This document shows positions 24,474-37,175 of a stretch of DNA of 64,000 bases, piece after piece. The DNA is taken from NCBI RefSeq assembly GCF_030144855.1, contig NC_082710.1:133362001-133426000 (forward strand), read 5' to 3'. Both the position numbers and the translations under genes were made by a program. This DNA comes from Hypanus sabinus. Lineage: Eukaryota. The number at the start of each line of letters is the position of its first letter. The first letter of the stretch is position 1. The notes below the pieces were generated by a model, which saw only the letters and a program-made list of their open reading frames with translations, was not told the DNA's origin and did no database searches.

Positions 24474-24910
24474 AGTGGTGGCGTAGTGGCTAACACAACT
24501 CTTTACAGTACCAGCAAGCCCGTCACTGCCTGTAAAGAGTTTGTACATTTGCTGCCTGTAAGGAGTTTGTGACCACGTGGCCTTCCTCTGGGTGCTCCAG
24601 TTTTCTCCCACATTCCAAAGACATACCAAGCTGGTAGGTTAATTGTTCATTGTAAGTTGTCCCAAATGGCAGTAACTGCATTAGCTCAAGTAACTGCACA
24701 ACTTTTCAGCATTAACCTATGAGACAGCTCCTGACCTTAAAGGGCAACACAGTGGCTCAGCTAACAGAGCTGACATCAGTGACCTGGTTCAATCCTGATG
24801 TCCAAGACTAACTGTGAGGAGTGTGCATGCTGTTCCTGTGACTGAGTGATTTTCCCATGGGTGCTCTGCTTTCCTGTTGTAAACTGATAGAATTTTGTGG
24901 TGGAGGGCGT
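24474..24910 (+). mobile_element. Two V-SINE copies (24474-24665 and 24743-24910)
   Basis: A-box-like heads GTGGCGTAGTGG and GTGGCTCAGC; GGTTCAATCC B box; V-domain CCTCTGGGTGCTCCAGTTTTCTCCCACATTCCAAAGAC. Confidence 0.75.
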
Positions 24911-24938
24911 TAAAGTCATAGAGTCATAGAATAAGACA

Positions 24939-25112
24939 CCTATCACTTTCTAACCATCCTCCTTCCCCTCCCCCCTACCTTTTTATTCTGCCATCTTCCC
25001 CCTTCCTTTCCAAACTGAAAAAGGGTCTTGGCCCAAAACATTGACTGGTTTTTTTCATTTCCATAGATGCTGCCTGACCTGCTGAGCTCCTCCAGTATTT
25101 TGTGTGAGTTTT
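24939..25112 (+). mobile_element. Penelope-derived repeat with a perfect 13-bp TSD
   Basis: ATAGAATAAGACA at 24926-24938 and 25113-25125; degenerate hammerhead core at about 25016-25043. Confidence 0.8.
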
Positions 25113-25830
25113 ATAGAATAAGACAGGACAGAAATGGGTCAGATGGCTCAACTGTTCCATGCCTACCTATACCCTAATCTAAGCAAGTCCATGTTTGCTC
25201 CAGATCCCTCTAAAACTTTTCTATTCATGTACCTGTCCAATTACCTTTTAAGTGTTGTTAATAAACCTGCCTCAAGCACCCTTTGGTGAAAAAAGTGTCT
25301 TTTAGGTTCCTATAAAATCTTTCCCCTCTCATTTTAATCTAAGCCCTCTAATTCTTGATTCCCCCAACCTAGGAAAGAGTCTGTACACATTCGTATTATT
25401 TATACCCTTATGATTTAATACACTCCTATAAGATCTCCCTTCATTTCATATGTTCCAATGAAAAATGTGGCCATGTTCAAACTCTCTTCATAACTCAGTC
25501 CATTAAGTCCCAGCAGCATCCTTATAAATCTCCTCTGCACTCGTTCCAGATTAATAGCGATGATGATAATGACGTCGACTCAGGCCTGTGAGGCCAGCGT
25601 CGGGCATTTTCATGCCTTACAAGACTGTGGCGTGCCACTCTCGCACAGACATTTTGTAGTATTTTTCTTTATCTTACGAGGTCAAGTTGTGAGCTCAACA
25701 CTCAACCTGGCACGGATGGCAAGCGTAATCGGGAACGGCCCGACTGGATTCGAACCCGGAAACTTCCATTCCGGAGTCAGGTGCTGATGTCACTGCGCCA
25801 CCAGATTAATAGCACCTTTTCTATAGTGTA
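25113..25830 (-). mobile_element. CR1 3' fragment interrupted by a SINE
   Basis: CR1 3' homology on both sides of the 25559-25800 SINE. Confidence 0.7.
25559..25800 (-). mobile_element. Full-length tRNA-derived SINE
   Basis: A box TGGCGCAGTGA, B box GGTTCGAATCC, (ATC)n-type tail and perfect 13-bp TSD CCAGATTAATAGC (25546-25558 / 25801-25813). Confidence 0.9.
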
Positions 25831-28599
25831 ATGGTATTGGTTTTGCTGTGCACTACGTTCTGAACTTCAGCAAAGATCTTAAGCCCTATCCAATATAGAT
25901 AGCTATGGGTATCCTCACTAAAAGGAGGTTATACTGTTGCCACCTACTCTTCAAAGGCCAGACCACTTCCTTGTTTATCCTCCATGGTGAGCTTAGCCAC
26001 CAGTACCCACAATCTGAACAGTGTGCCCCCGCTCCTTACCAAGGAGGAGATACTTGCAGCTAACAAAGTAGTTTAAACACCATTTTAAATTTAGATTAAA
26101 TCCTTTTTATGAATCTATTTTTTTTAGATAAAACACATTTAAAACTCATAGAGATCTTCTATATTATAAAAGATTTCCAAATGACAAAGGATTTATAAAA
26201 TACTGGTACAATACCTATAAGCTAAGAAGACATAACAATGAATTGCAGCCATCCATCACAGAAAATGAAGGCAGAGAAATGGATTCCAGTTTACCCTGTC
26301 TCTCTGTCTTCTTTTTATTGTTCCTTTACCATTCGCTGCTCTCTTACATTCATACAATTTTTTTCTTTGCTAACTGGTGACTTCACACACGTGTTATTTT
26401 TTTCCAGATATCTTTTTACACAAATGGTCTAAAAGCTTCTGGGGAGAGATCTCAGACACTCAAAATTAATGAAGTAAAGGCTGAATCAATGAGCATACAA
26501 ATCTCCCAACTATTAACAGATCAGCTATTTGATGTGCTCAGTGATAGTATCAGCTTGGTCTGCAAGCTTCCTTGAACTAAATAACTTAGCCACTGTTGTC
26601 TGCTTTGACGCAGGCCAATTAACATAGCCCTATTGTCTTACACTGCAAATCTTGAGCAGTCAGCCCCATGGAATGAACCAGCAGTTTGTGCTCTATAGAC
26701 AGAGCTGTTTGCAAAACTGTCCTTTTAACTTCAGACTGATTATTGATTTATATTTGCATTAAGAACTGAAGACTGGTTCTTGATTATGACAAGAGGCAGA
26801 GCAAGGAATATTGGTTGGAAGTTTAATGTACTCAAAAAACAACTCTTTGATCCGTAGAAGTGTCAGCTGCTGTGTTAGGAATCTGAAACAGGCAAAAAAG
26901 CCCTCTAGCCCCGGACAGTCAATATCCATCACAATAGTATGGTGATCAAAGCAGAACACACAATTTCAAATGCAGCCTCACCAATACCTTGTTCAACTGT
27001 AATATAACATCTCAGTCTCTATACTCAGTGCACTGACTGTAAAGTGGGCATGTCAAAAGCCTTCTTCACCACCTTGTCTTGCTGCAACAGGAGTTGCTGG
27101 AAATCTGTGGACAACAGTTTAGAGGAAATATTTATGGGAAATCGAGATTGTTCTGTGAGCCACAAAGGTCTTCTATTATGTCATATGGGTACTCTCTCTG
27201 TATCCATAACAATGCTATGACTGCTGCGTGCTAATAACTTTGTGGCTGGAATGGCAGGCAAAAAGGCAGTGAGTCATAAAGTCATAGAGTGATAGAACAC
27301 TACAGCACAGGAATAGGCCCTTCAGCCCATCTAGTTTGTGCTGAACTATTATTCTGCTTAATCCCATCGATCTGCATCCAAACCATAGCTCTCCATACCC
27401 CTCCCATCAATGTACCTATCCAAATGTGAAGAATTTCACCAACCACAATCCAGAGCCCTTATTGGGGGAAGAGAGAGGATCTCTGCATCTGTGGGGTTGA
27501 GCCTCCCAATAAAATGGCGCCAGAAGGAGTGACCTCTGAGATATTCTGTGAAAGTGAGACTCTTAAGCTTAGCAGCAAGAAATACAATGACCTCGTTAAG
27601 TATGCTAAGGAGAGAGAGTACTAAAATTGGAAGTACATCCACTCTAAAGCCTTGCCATAGCAATCCTCACAGATAGACCACATTATCACATTCCATTCTT
27701 AATAAAATAGATTCCTCATTGCACAGCAAAGCCACAAAACAAAAGGCGGTTAGTTTTTGCTGAGAGACTCAATTGAATACCACATGTAAAATTTATGTTA
27801 CACAATAGAATTATTAGGTCCTCATGGTTTAGCTGTGGCTGTTGAATTTATTCCAGCAACTTTGCTAAAGACTTCCCGCCAAATATTTTCTCATGTGTAA
27901 ATCCGAGATAATGAACAGCTATGGTGAAGGTGCTTGCAGTTGGTCAAAACATTGCACTTGAGTTCATTTAGGCAGATTTAATTGCCATGACTCATCAATG
28001 GAATTGATTTGGTTCAGAAATACAGCCTCTCTGACTATCTACATGTAAATTTCAGTACATTGTTCTTCAGCAAGAAAGTGCAAATGTGCTATGCTGAAAT
28101 GATCATGAGTGGTTCAAATCTGTATCCACCACATTTCTCTTGTAGACATAAGTTATGAGATATGTGTGCATGGAAAATGAATTATACCTTGACCTTTTGT
28201 GCATTGCTTCAATTCATTCTGCCATGTCTTGTCATTTAATTGACTTTCACTTCAACAGAAGTAGCTTGCTCTGCACAATACACCTAATATTTATAATTCT
28301 TGCAACCTCTCAGATGAATTAATTTAACAAGTCAAGGCTAATCAGAACCTGAACCATGCAACGTTTCTCCACACGCGGTACAAGGCTGCAGCTGCCAGTT
28401 GTTCTGCTATGCATGACAGCTTGCATTAGGAGACCAAGCGTGACAGATCTAGAAAGGCCAGCATTGTGATGGATGAAATTAAAATGGAAAATGCTGCAAA
28501 TCCTCAGCAACTCAGGCAGTGGCAGCCCGAGGGAGAGACAGAGTTAATGCTTTAGGCTGCTGATCAGCTATTTCAACTGAAAAAGAAGTTACGGACTTT

Positions 28600-29900
28600 T
28601 AGACCATAATTCTGCACAGGAGCAGAATTAGGCCAATCGGCCCATCAAGTTCACTCCACCGTTTCATCATGGCTGATCCAATTCCCTCTTAACCCCATTC
28701 TCCCGCCTTCTCCCTATAAACTTTCATGCCTTTACTAGTCAAGACCCAACTAACCTCCGCCTTAAATACGCCCAATGAATTACCTCTGGCAACAAATTCC
28801 ACAGATTCATTGCCCTCTGGCTAAGGAAATTCCTCCACGTCTCCATTCTAAATGGATTTCCCTCATTCTGAGGCCGTGCCCTCTAGTCCTAGACCCCCCC
28901 ATTTACAAGGATGCTGTCTAGATTAGAGGGCCTGTGCTCTAGGGAGGTGCTGGTCATGCTGCATCTTTAGTGTGTAGGATAATGAGAGGTGACTTCATGG
29001 GCGTTTATATAATCATGAGGGATATGGAAAAGGTGGATAGTCATACTCTTTTCCCCACAGTTGGGGAGTGCAAAACTAGAGGACTCAGTCACAAAATAAG
29101 AAGGGAGAGATTTAAGAGAGACTGGAAAGGGCTCCATAGGGGCAAAAATCAAACCTAGTAAAATCCAGACAATTATCACCGCTTGAAAAATGAGAAGGCA
29201 ATATGAAATAGGAGCAGAATTAGGCAATTCAGCCCCTTACACCTGCTTTGCTGTTTATTCTCAACTGATAATTACCATTCAACTCCATCCTTCTGCTCGC
29301 TCCCCAAACCCTTAACCGATTTACCCATGAAGAATCTATCAATATCACTCAATGACAATGCCTCTACAGCCCTCTGTGACAACAAATTCCCAGACACAGT
29401 ACACCACCCTCTTGCTGAAGAAGTTCTTCCTTAACTCTGTTTGAAAGAGACGCCTCTTTCGATTGAGGATCTGCCTTGCAATCCTAGAATCCCCTGCAAC
29501 CAAATGGGAAGTTGCCCATCTGTCCAGGCCTTTCAATATTCCCCAGGTTTCAATGCAATCTCCCCCTCATCCTTCTGAACTCCATCAAGTGCAGATCCAG
29601 AGCATCAAACATTAAGCCTTTTAATTCTGGAATCATTCTTGTGAATTTCCTCTGGATGCTTTCCTGGGCTAGCACATCTTTACTTAGGAATGGGGCTCAG
29701 AGTGTTCATAATACTCCAAATATAATCTGGTCAACACACTACAAGGCCTCAGCAGTATATCCTTGCCTTTCTATTCTAGTCCTCTCAAAATAAATTCTAA
29801 CATTGCATTTTTTTTTCTACTGACTCAAGTTGCAAGTTAGCCTGAACTCATACTCTCAAGTCCCTTTGCTCCTCCAATTTCTGAATTCTCTCCAATTTAG
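28600..29900. mobile_element. Cluster of CR1 fragments (28600-28890 minus, 28905-29140 plus, 29205-29900 minus)
   Basis: RT C-terminal remnants (MRGDF..KTRGLS; ELRKNFFSKRVV) and GGAGCAGAATTAGGC 3'-end signatures. Confidence 0.7.
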
Positions 29901-30086
29901 AATAGATGATTATTACTGAGAGTTGATTATGTCTTAAAGGCTCCATATATCACATTTCCATTTTTCCCTCTGACATAGAAGGAGGCCTTCCCAGAATAGA
30001 TGATTATTACTGAGAGTTGATTATGTCTTAAAGGCTCCATATATCACATTTCCATTTTTCCCTCTGACATAGAAGGAGGCCTTCCC
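29899..30086. repeat. Perfect 94-bp tandem duplication
   Basis: 29899-29992 is identical to 29993-30086, with AG microhomology at the junctions. Confidence 0.95.
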
Positions 30087-30137
30087 AGTTTGTAATCTGT
30101 GTGCCAGCTTAGAGACATTAATTTTCCCTGCAGAGAT

Positions 30138-31160
30138 CAAAGTTCAAAGTAAGTTTATTAGAAGAAGAAAGCCCTTAACTCTGAGTGGAGTCATCGGGAT
30201 GCCGTCGTGACGGTTTTTTTTTAGCAGGCTTTCTTATTTTTACGAGGCAGAGTTGCTAGCTCAACGCTTAACCCAGCACGGATGGAAAGTGTTCAAGGGA
30301 GCAGGCTGGATTCGAACTCAGGAGCCTTTGCTCCGAAGACCAGCGCTGATGCCACTACGCCACCAGCTGGTCAAGTTTATTATCAAAGTACATATACTTT
30401 ACCATATACTACCTCGAGTTTTTTTTTTCTTGTGGGGATTTACAAATTTACAAGGAAAAAAGAAATACAATAGATATTATGAAAAATTATACATAAATAG
30501 ACAAAGACTAGACTAAAAAGAAGACAAACTGTGCAAGTAAGAAAATACTGAGGACATAAGCTGTAATGCCTTCTTGAAAGCGAGTCTGTAGGTCATTGAT
30601 CGAGTTCATGTAGTGAAATTATCCAAGCCAGTTCAGGAGTCTGCTGGTTGAAGAGTAGTAACTGTTATTGAACCTGGTGATGTAAGGCCTAAGGCCTCCT
30701 GCCCAATAGTAGTAGTGAGAAGGGGGCATGTCCTGGATGGTGGGAGCTTTTGATGATAGATGCTACTTTCATGTGACGGCTCTTCATGTTAATATATTCA
30801 ATGGTGGGGAGGGCTTTGCTTGTGATTATCAGGGCTGTGTCCACCAATCTCTGTAGCCTTTTCTATCCTTGATCATTGGTGTTTCTGTACTAGGATGCGA
30901 CACAACCAAGTGGGATAGTCTCCACTATGCAACTATAGAAGTTTGTCAAAGATTTGGTGACATGCCGAATCTACTCAAACTTCTTAGAAAGTAGAGGGGT
31001 TGTTGTGCTTTCTTTGTGGTGCATTTTAACTCTTGGCCCCAGGATATGTTAATGCCAAAGAATTTAAAGCCACTGACCCTCTCCACCTCTGATCTTCTAA
31101 TGAGGACTGGCCCATGAACCTCTGGCTCCTTTTCTCCTTGCACTCCCATGAACTCTGTCA
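30138..31160 (-). mobile_element. Rex1/Babar LINE 3' fragment carrying a SINE in its tail
   Basis: ORF 30946-31185 reads EVERVSGFKFFG...KKAQQPLYFLRSL. Confidence 0.8.
30161..30372 (-). mobile_element. Full-length tRNA-derived SINE
   Basis: A box TGGCGTAGTGG, B box GAGTTCGAATCC, (TTC)n tail and 10-bp TSD AAGTTTATTA (30151-30160 / 30373-30382). Confidence 0.88.
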
Positions 31161-32273
31161 TCAAATGTTGCTCTCCATGCTCCACTAAATAGACTTTTAT
31201 TTTGATAAGGTGGTATTAATGGCAGGCTCCAAGCTCATAGACTCTCATAGAGTATTGGAACATCATTGGCAACAAAATATTCAGACTGGCCTTTAACTGC
31301 ATTGTAGTTTCATGCCTTAACCAGCAGATGACCTTCATCTTACATTGCCATGCACTGTACGAGCGATAAGCCTCGTCTTCCCTTGTTTATTCAGGGCTGG
31401 CCAAATGCAGAGATCTCTAATTTCAATTTAATTCTTATTTTGTAGCTCATCTTCTTCCTTTCAAACCCACGTTCACTTCTAGAGACCATTTTACTGCATC
31501 TAATTTCACACCAAATTAACTGCTTTCCAGTCTGTAGATTTTAACATTCTGTTCTGCTTTGCTCCAGAGAAATTACTTACTCTGGGGAAGGCAGAACTGC
31601 AACAACTGGAGGTGTTGACAAGTCCAGGGGTCCTTTAATATGAACTTGAGACTTTATGTTTACAGAGCAGACATAGAATTATGAACAATATTTGATGTAT
31701 TTTCTATTAGCAAAAATAAGCTACAAGCTACTCCACTATAAAGTGAGCCAATCAATGTGAAAAGTCCCAGGGTAATATACACAGGTATGTACGTACACAA
31801 TAGTTACTGGGCAGAAATGCACAGAGCAGTAATTTAAACCATCCGGACATGAGGGGGTGCTATTCCAATTATTCCAATGAACAGATAAACAATCTTGGAT
31901 AGCAAGAAGGTATGGAAAAATGTCACTTTCTGAGACTCATTGTCCTAGGTTTTTTTTTGAAGTGAAGGAGGCTGAGGGGTGACTTGCTAGAGGGGAACAA
32001 ATCGTCGTTGGGAAAAGGGGAAGGGAGAAGGGAGGGAGTGGGAAGCACCAGAGAGACATTCTGTAATGATCCATTAGCTAATTGTTTGGTATCAACTGAC
32101 TTTTGCCTAGTGTCTCAGGGCTGACAGTGCCTGCATCCACTGCACCACTGCCCAGCATTCCTTCTCTACCGACTGTCCCACATCCGTCCCACTGCACTCC
32201 ACCCTAGCCATTCCCAACCTCCTTTGCTTCCGTCAAATTTACAAACTCACTTTCTGCTCCACATTGTCAAACA

Positions 32274-32345
32274 CTGTACTTTGCAAAAATCTTAGGCACC
32301 CTAGCTACTGTATATATTTGTACCTAAGACTTGTGCAGAGTACTG
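32274..32345. mobile_element. Tc1/mariner-type MITE (72 bp)
   Basis: 26-bp TIRs CTGTACTTTGCAAAAATCTTAGGCAC / reverse complement CAGTACTCTGCACAAGTCTTAGGTAC (21/26 match); TA at the right flank. Confidence 0.7.
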
Positions 32346-32602
32346 TATGTTGGATGGACACATTATGGTCTTGCTGTAAGTTGAAAGGTTGGCACAATTT
32401 CTTGGACTGGAGGATCTGTACTGTGCTGTACTGTTCTATGTTAATAGAAAGATTTCTCATTTCTACTGTAAAAACATTTATTATATCTTATCACAGTTAG
32501 TTTTGTACTGTAAATAGAGTCAACTTTAAACCTATATTCCTCCAACATACTTCTTCTAATACTGACCCAATTCATACAGAGATAGTCTCTAACTCTGGTG
32601 GC

Positions 32603-32925
32603 AAGGTGGCGTGGCTAAGAGACTGGGTAACCTTGTAAGGTCAGGAGATCGGGGCTTAATTCTGACCTTGGGTGCACTGCGTGTGAAGTTTACGTGTTTT
32701 CTCTGCCACGCTGTTGGTTTCCTCCCATCTCCCAATACCGTCCCGTTGCTAGGTAAATTTCCCCTGGTGTGTACATAAATGGTAGATCATGGGAGGGGGT
32801 AGCTGATGAGGAATGTGGGGAGAATAAAATTGGGGTTCGAGTTGAATTGATGTAAATGAGAGATTAATGATGGGTTTGATGGGCTGAAGAGCCTGATTCC
32901 ATGCTGTACCTCTCTATTACTATGT
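32603..32925 (+). mobile_element. V-SINE
   Basis: tRNA-like head, GTTTCCTCCCATCTCCCAA V-domain and GGGCTGAAGAGCCTG..CATGCTGTA CR1-type tail. Confidence 0.65.
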
Positions 32926-34494
32926 TCGCAGTCCAAGCACAGTAGTTCATCCCACCCACTTGCAGTAGGAGTGCCATAATTACCTCCAGTGTTCAATATA
33001 AGGAGCAAGACAATTGCCCAGAGCACCACTTTCCCAAATTGGCCTGATCAGATTCCCTTTGAAATGGAACCATGTGGATGTCAGGAATGGGAAGGAAAGG
33101 GTCTCAGATTCTCTTTCTGTGTCTGAATAGCCTGCCACAGCTCATCATGTCAGTCCACATGAGATGGAGAAGTAACTGGAGGCTGATTCACGGCTTGTGG
33201 AGCAGTGGCTGCGGCAAAAATAATTAATCAGCATTGGAGGTGGAGGGGAGCAATGGAGGAAACAGTGAAAGGTCACCGCAAAATTATTTTCCCTGCCTGC
33301 TAACTCTGACCTTATAAAACACTATTTCATGCTCCAGACTGGAAAGACAGAAGTCAAAACATAAATACACAGCTTTCTCACTGTCAGTGATCGTAATGTG
33401 TCAGAAATCTAATGACCCATTCATTATCAAGTCAAAGTTTTAATATCTAGATGTCGACCATCAATTATTTCTTTCTGTTCGAACTCTTTTATGGAATGCA
33501 AAGCGATGCGACAGATCCCTTGCTGGCTTTACTGTGTGCTTGCTGTCTCGGGAAGCTGCAAATGACAATGAATGATTTAGTTAATAAAACAAAATGAAGG
33601 TTGCATCGTATTTAGTTCAGTCGAGCTCAGTTATAAGCCTCCTCTTGGCTGTGCCCTGCCCTAATAAAGCTGCAGAAGTAAAGGACTGCCAGACTGTAAG
33701 GTACTGTGAGGATGAAAATAAAAAGTAGCTTGCCTTTGCTTCACTCCCTAGGGTCAGGAACCGGTTGCCATGGACACGGTGACTTCATGCAACTAATGGG
33801 AGGGATGTTTGTAGGTTTAGTAACCTGGGGACAGGCGAGGGAGTCATACACCGCAGAGGTGTGGTTCCACTGCAATATTATTGTAGAGGGTTAGGCCGGA
33901 GAATGTGATACTTCATTAGTTTTAAAGAGAGTTTTGCCTGTGAAAGCTGCCATTTACCGAGATATTCAGAGAAATAATCTTACAAGGAGTTTGATATTCA
34001 CTGCCTTCATTTTATTTTGGACTAAATTGCTTTATGTTTCCAAATTCTGGTGGTGGTCTTCTATTAATATAAGCAGAGCACCTATGATGAAAAGTGACGC
34101 TTGAAAGCAAATAATGATTGGGCAGAAACTCAGAGAGCTGATTTAGTGGATATGGTGATACCTAGAACAGAGATAAGCTAAATGTACAGAGGAAACAGGA
34201 AACTGCTCTTAATAATATGTGGGAGAGTCAGTATTTTATGTACCATTATTAACTGTGCCTGGATATTCAGAGGTAGATTCAGATTAATTTATTTTTCACA
34301 TGTACAACACACAGTGAAATGTGTAATTTGTGTTAATAACTAACACAACCTAACGATGTGCGGGGGGGGGGGCAGCCCGCAAGAGTCACCACACCTACAG
34401 GTGTCAATGTAGCATGTCTGCACTGTTGAGCAGAACAATACAAGCAGCAACAAAAACAACAGCACAATAACAGTAACAAAGCAGCAACAGCAAA

Positions 34495-34647
34495 NNNNNN
34501 NNNNNNNNNNNNNNNNNNNNNNNNNNNNNNNNNNNNNNNNNNNNNNNNNNNNNNNNNNNNNNNNNNNNNNNNNNNNNNNNNNNNNNNNNNNNNNNNNNNN
34601 NNNNNNNNNNNNNNNNNNNNNNNNNNNNNNNNNNNNNNNNNNNNNNN
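34495..34647. other. Assembly gap (153 N), preceded by a CAA/CAG-rich low-complexity tract
   Basis: Run of N. Confidence 1.
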
Positions 34648-35010
34648 TATAAAAGTCCAGCTGGTCTGCATATAGAATATTGCAATCAGTCTGTTTCTCC
34701 CATTGTAGGAAGGATGTGGAGGCTTTGGAGAGGGTTCACAGAAGTTTTACCAGGATTCTGCCTGGATTAGAGAGCATGTGCTATGAGGAGAGGTTGGACA
34801 AGCCTGGGTTGTTTTCCCTGGAGCAGTAGAAGCTAAGAGGAGACCTGAAGTCAAAAAGATTATCAGAGACATAGACAGATAGATAGCACTTACCATTTTC
34901 CTACAGAAAATATGTCTAATATTAGAGTGCATTTAAGGTGAGAGGGGTTAAGTTCAAAGGAGAATGCCTGGAATGCACCACTGGGGATAGTAATAGGGGC
35001 AAATGTGACA
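34648..35010 (+). mobile_element. CR1 3' fragment
   Basis: AGGAAGGATGTGGAGGCTTTGGAGAGGGT...TATGAGGAGAGGTTGGACAAG. Confidence 0.75.
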
Positions 35011-37051
35011 TGTTCAAGAGTCATAGAGAAGTACAGCATAAAAACAGTCCTTTTGGCCAAACTAGTCCATGCCGAAAGCATTTAAGCTGCCTCCTCCCAT
35101 TGACCTGCATGCCCCTACCATCCATGTACCTAACCAAACTTCATTTAAGCATTAAAATTGAGCTCATGTTCACCATTTGTGCTGGCAGCTCATGACACAC
35201 TCTGTATGAAGAAGTTTCATTTCCTCATTTCCCTTCATGTTCCCCTTAGACTTTTCACTATTCACCCTTAACCCATGACCTCTGGTTGTAGTTCCACCCA
35301 ACCTCAATGGAAAAAGCTTGCTTGTATTTACCCTATTTATAACCCTTAAAATTTTGTATTCATCTATAAAATTTCCTCTCAATCTTCTACATTCTAAATA
35401 ATAAAGTCCTAACCTAGTCAACCCTTTCTTATAACTCAGGTTCTCCAAACCAGCAACATCCTTGTAAATTTTCTCTGTACTCTTTCAATCTTATTTACAT
35501 CTCTCCTGAAGGTAGATGATCAAATTTGCACAGCATACTCCAAATTAGGCCTCACTAACATCTTATACAACTTCAACATAACATCCCTTCTCCTGAACTC
35601 AATACATTGCTTTATGAAGGCCACTGTGCCAAAAGCTTTCTTTACAACCCCACATAGCTGTGACACCACTTTCAATGAATTATGGACCTGTATTCCCAGA
35701 CATCTTTGTTCTTCGACATTCCTCAGTGCTCTACCACTCAAAGCGTAAGACCTACCCTGGTTGGCCCTACTGAAGTTCAACACCTTGCACTTGTCTCCAT
35801 TAAATTCCTTTTGCCATTTTCAGCCCAGTTTTCCAGCTGACATGGATCCCTCTGCAAGCCATGACAGTCTTCCTCACTGTCCACTGCACCCCCAATCTTG
35901 GTGTCATCCACAAACTTACTGATCCAGTTAACCGCATTATCATACAGATTGTTGATATAGGTGGAAAACAACAATGGACCCAGTACTGTTCCCTGCAGCA
36001 CAGACTAGTTACAGGCCTCCATTCAGAGAGGCAACCATCTCTGGCCTCTTCAACAAACCCAATGTCTAATCCAATTTACGACCTCATCTTGAATACTGAG
36101 TGAATGAACCTTCTTGAACAACCTGCCATTAGGAGCCTTGTCAAATGCCTTGCTAAAGTCCAGTCACTTTCCTGGTAACTTCCTCAAATGATTGGTTGGA
36201 CATGACCTACCACGCACAAAGTCATGCTGAGTATCCTTAATCAGTCCACGTCTATCTAAATACGCTCATATCCAGTCCCTTAGAATACCTTCTAATAACA
36301 TTCCCACTGATGTCAGACTCACTGCCTATAATTTCCTGGTTTATGTTTAGAGCCTTTCTTCAATCCTCCGGTACCTCTCCTGTCACTAAGGATGATTTAA
36401 ATATCTCTGCCAGGGCCCTGGCAATTCCCGCACTTGCCTCCCATAAGGTCCAAGAGAACAACTTGCCAGGACCTGGGGGTTTGTCCTTCCACATTCGCTT
36501 CACCTCCTCCACTGTATTCTGTACAAGGTCCATGAAGTTGATGCTGCTTTGCCTCACTTATATAGACACTGTGCCCACCTCCTGAGTAAATACAGATTCC
36601 AAAAAAATATTTAAAAGATCTCCCCTTTCTTTTTTGTCTCCATACTTGGATTACCATTCTGATCTTCCTGAGGACCAATTTTATCCCTTGTAATCCTTTT
36701 GCTCTTAACATATCAATAGAATCCGTTAGGATTCTCCTTCACGTTGTCTGCTAGGGCAATTTCATGCCTTCTTTTAGCCCTCCTGATTTTTTTCTTGTAT
36801 TTCCTATATTCTATAAGTACCCTATCTGTTCCTACCTGCCTATACCTGCTCTGCACCTCCTTTTTTCTCTTAACCATGGCTTCAATATCTCTTTAAAACC
36901 AAGGTTCCCCAACACTTGTTATCTTTACCCTCTGTTTAGAGAGGCACATACAAGCTTTGTACTCTCCAAGTCTTGCTTTTGAAGGCCTTCCACTTACCAA
37001 GTACACTTTTACCAGAAAACAGTTGGTCCCAGTTCACATTTGCCAGATCCT

Positions 37052-37175
37052 GACGAAGGGTCTCGGCCTGAAATGTCGACTGTATTTCTTCCTATCGATG
37101 CTGCCTGGCCTGCTGCATTCCACCAGCATTTTGTGTGTGTTGCTTGAATTTCCAGCATCTGCAGATTTCCTCGTG
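37052..37175 (+). mobile_element. Penelope-derived repeat inserted in the CR1, with a hammerhead core at its 5' end
   Basis: Perfect 13-bp TSD TTTGCCAGATCCT (37039-37051 / 37176-37188); CTGACGA at 37050-37056, GAAA at 37070-37073, TC at 37076-37077. Confidence 0.85.

Noticed and set aside
25740-25800. Possible tRNA genes (also 30300-30372)
   Set aside because: The A and B boxes belong to SINE heads with TSDs and tails, and no complete cloverleaf is apparent.
34333-34685. Leu/Cys-rich ORFs resembling signal peptides
   Set aside because: They are translations of a CAA/CAG low-complexity tract plus the N gap.
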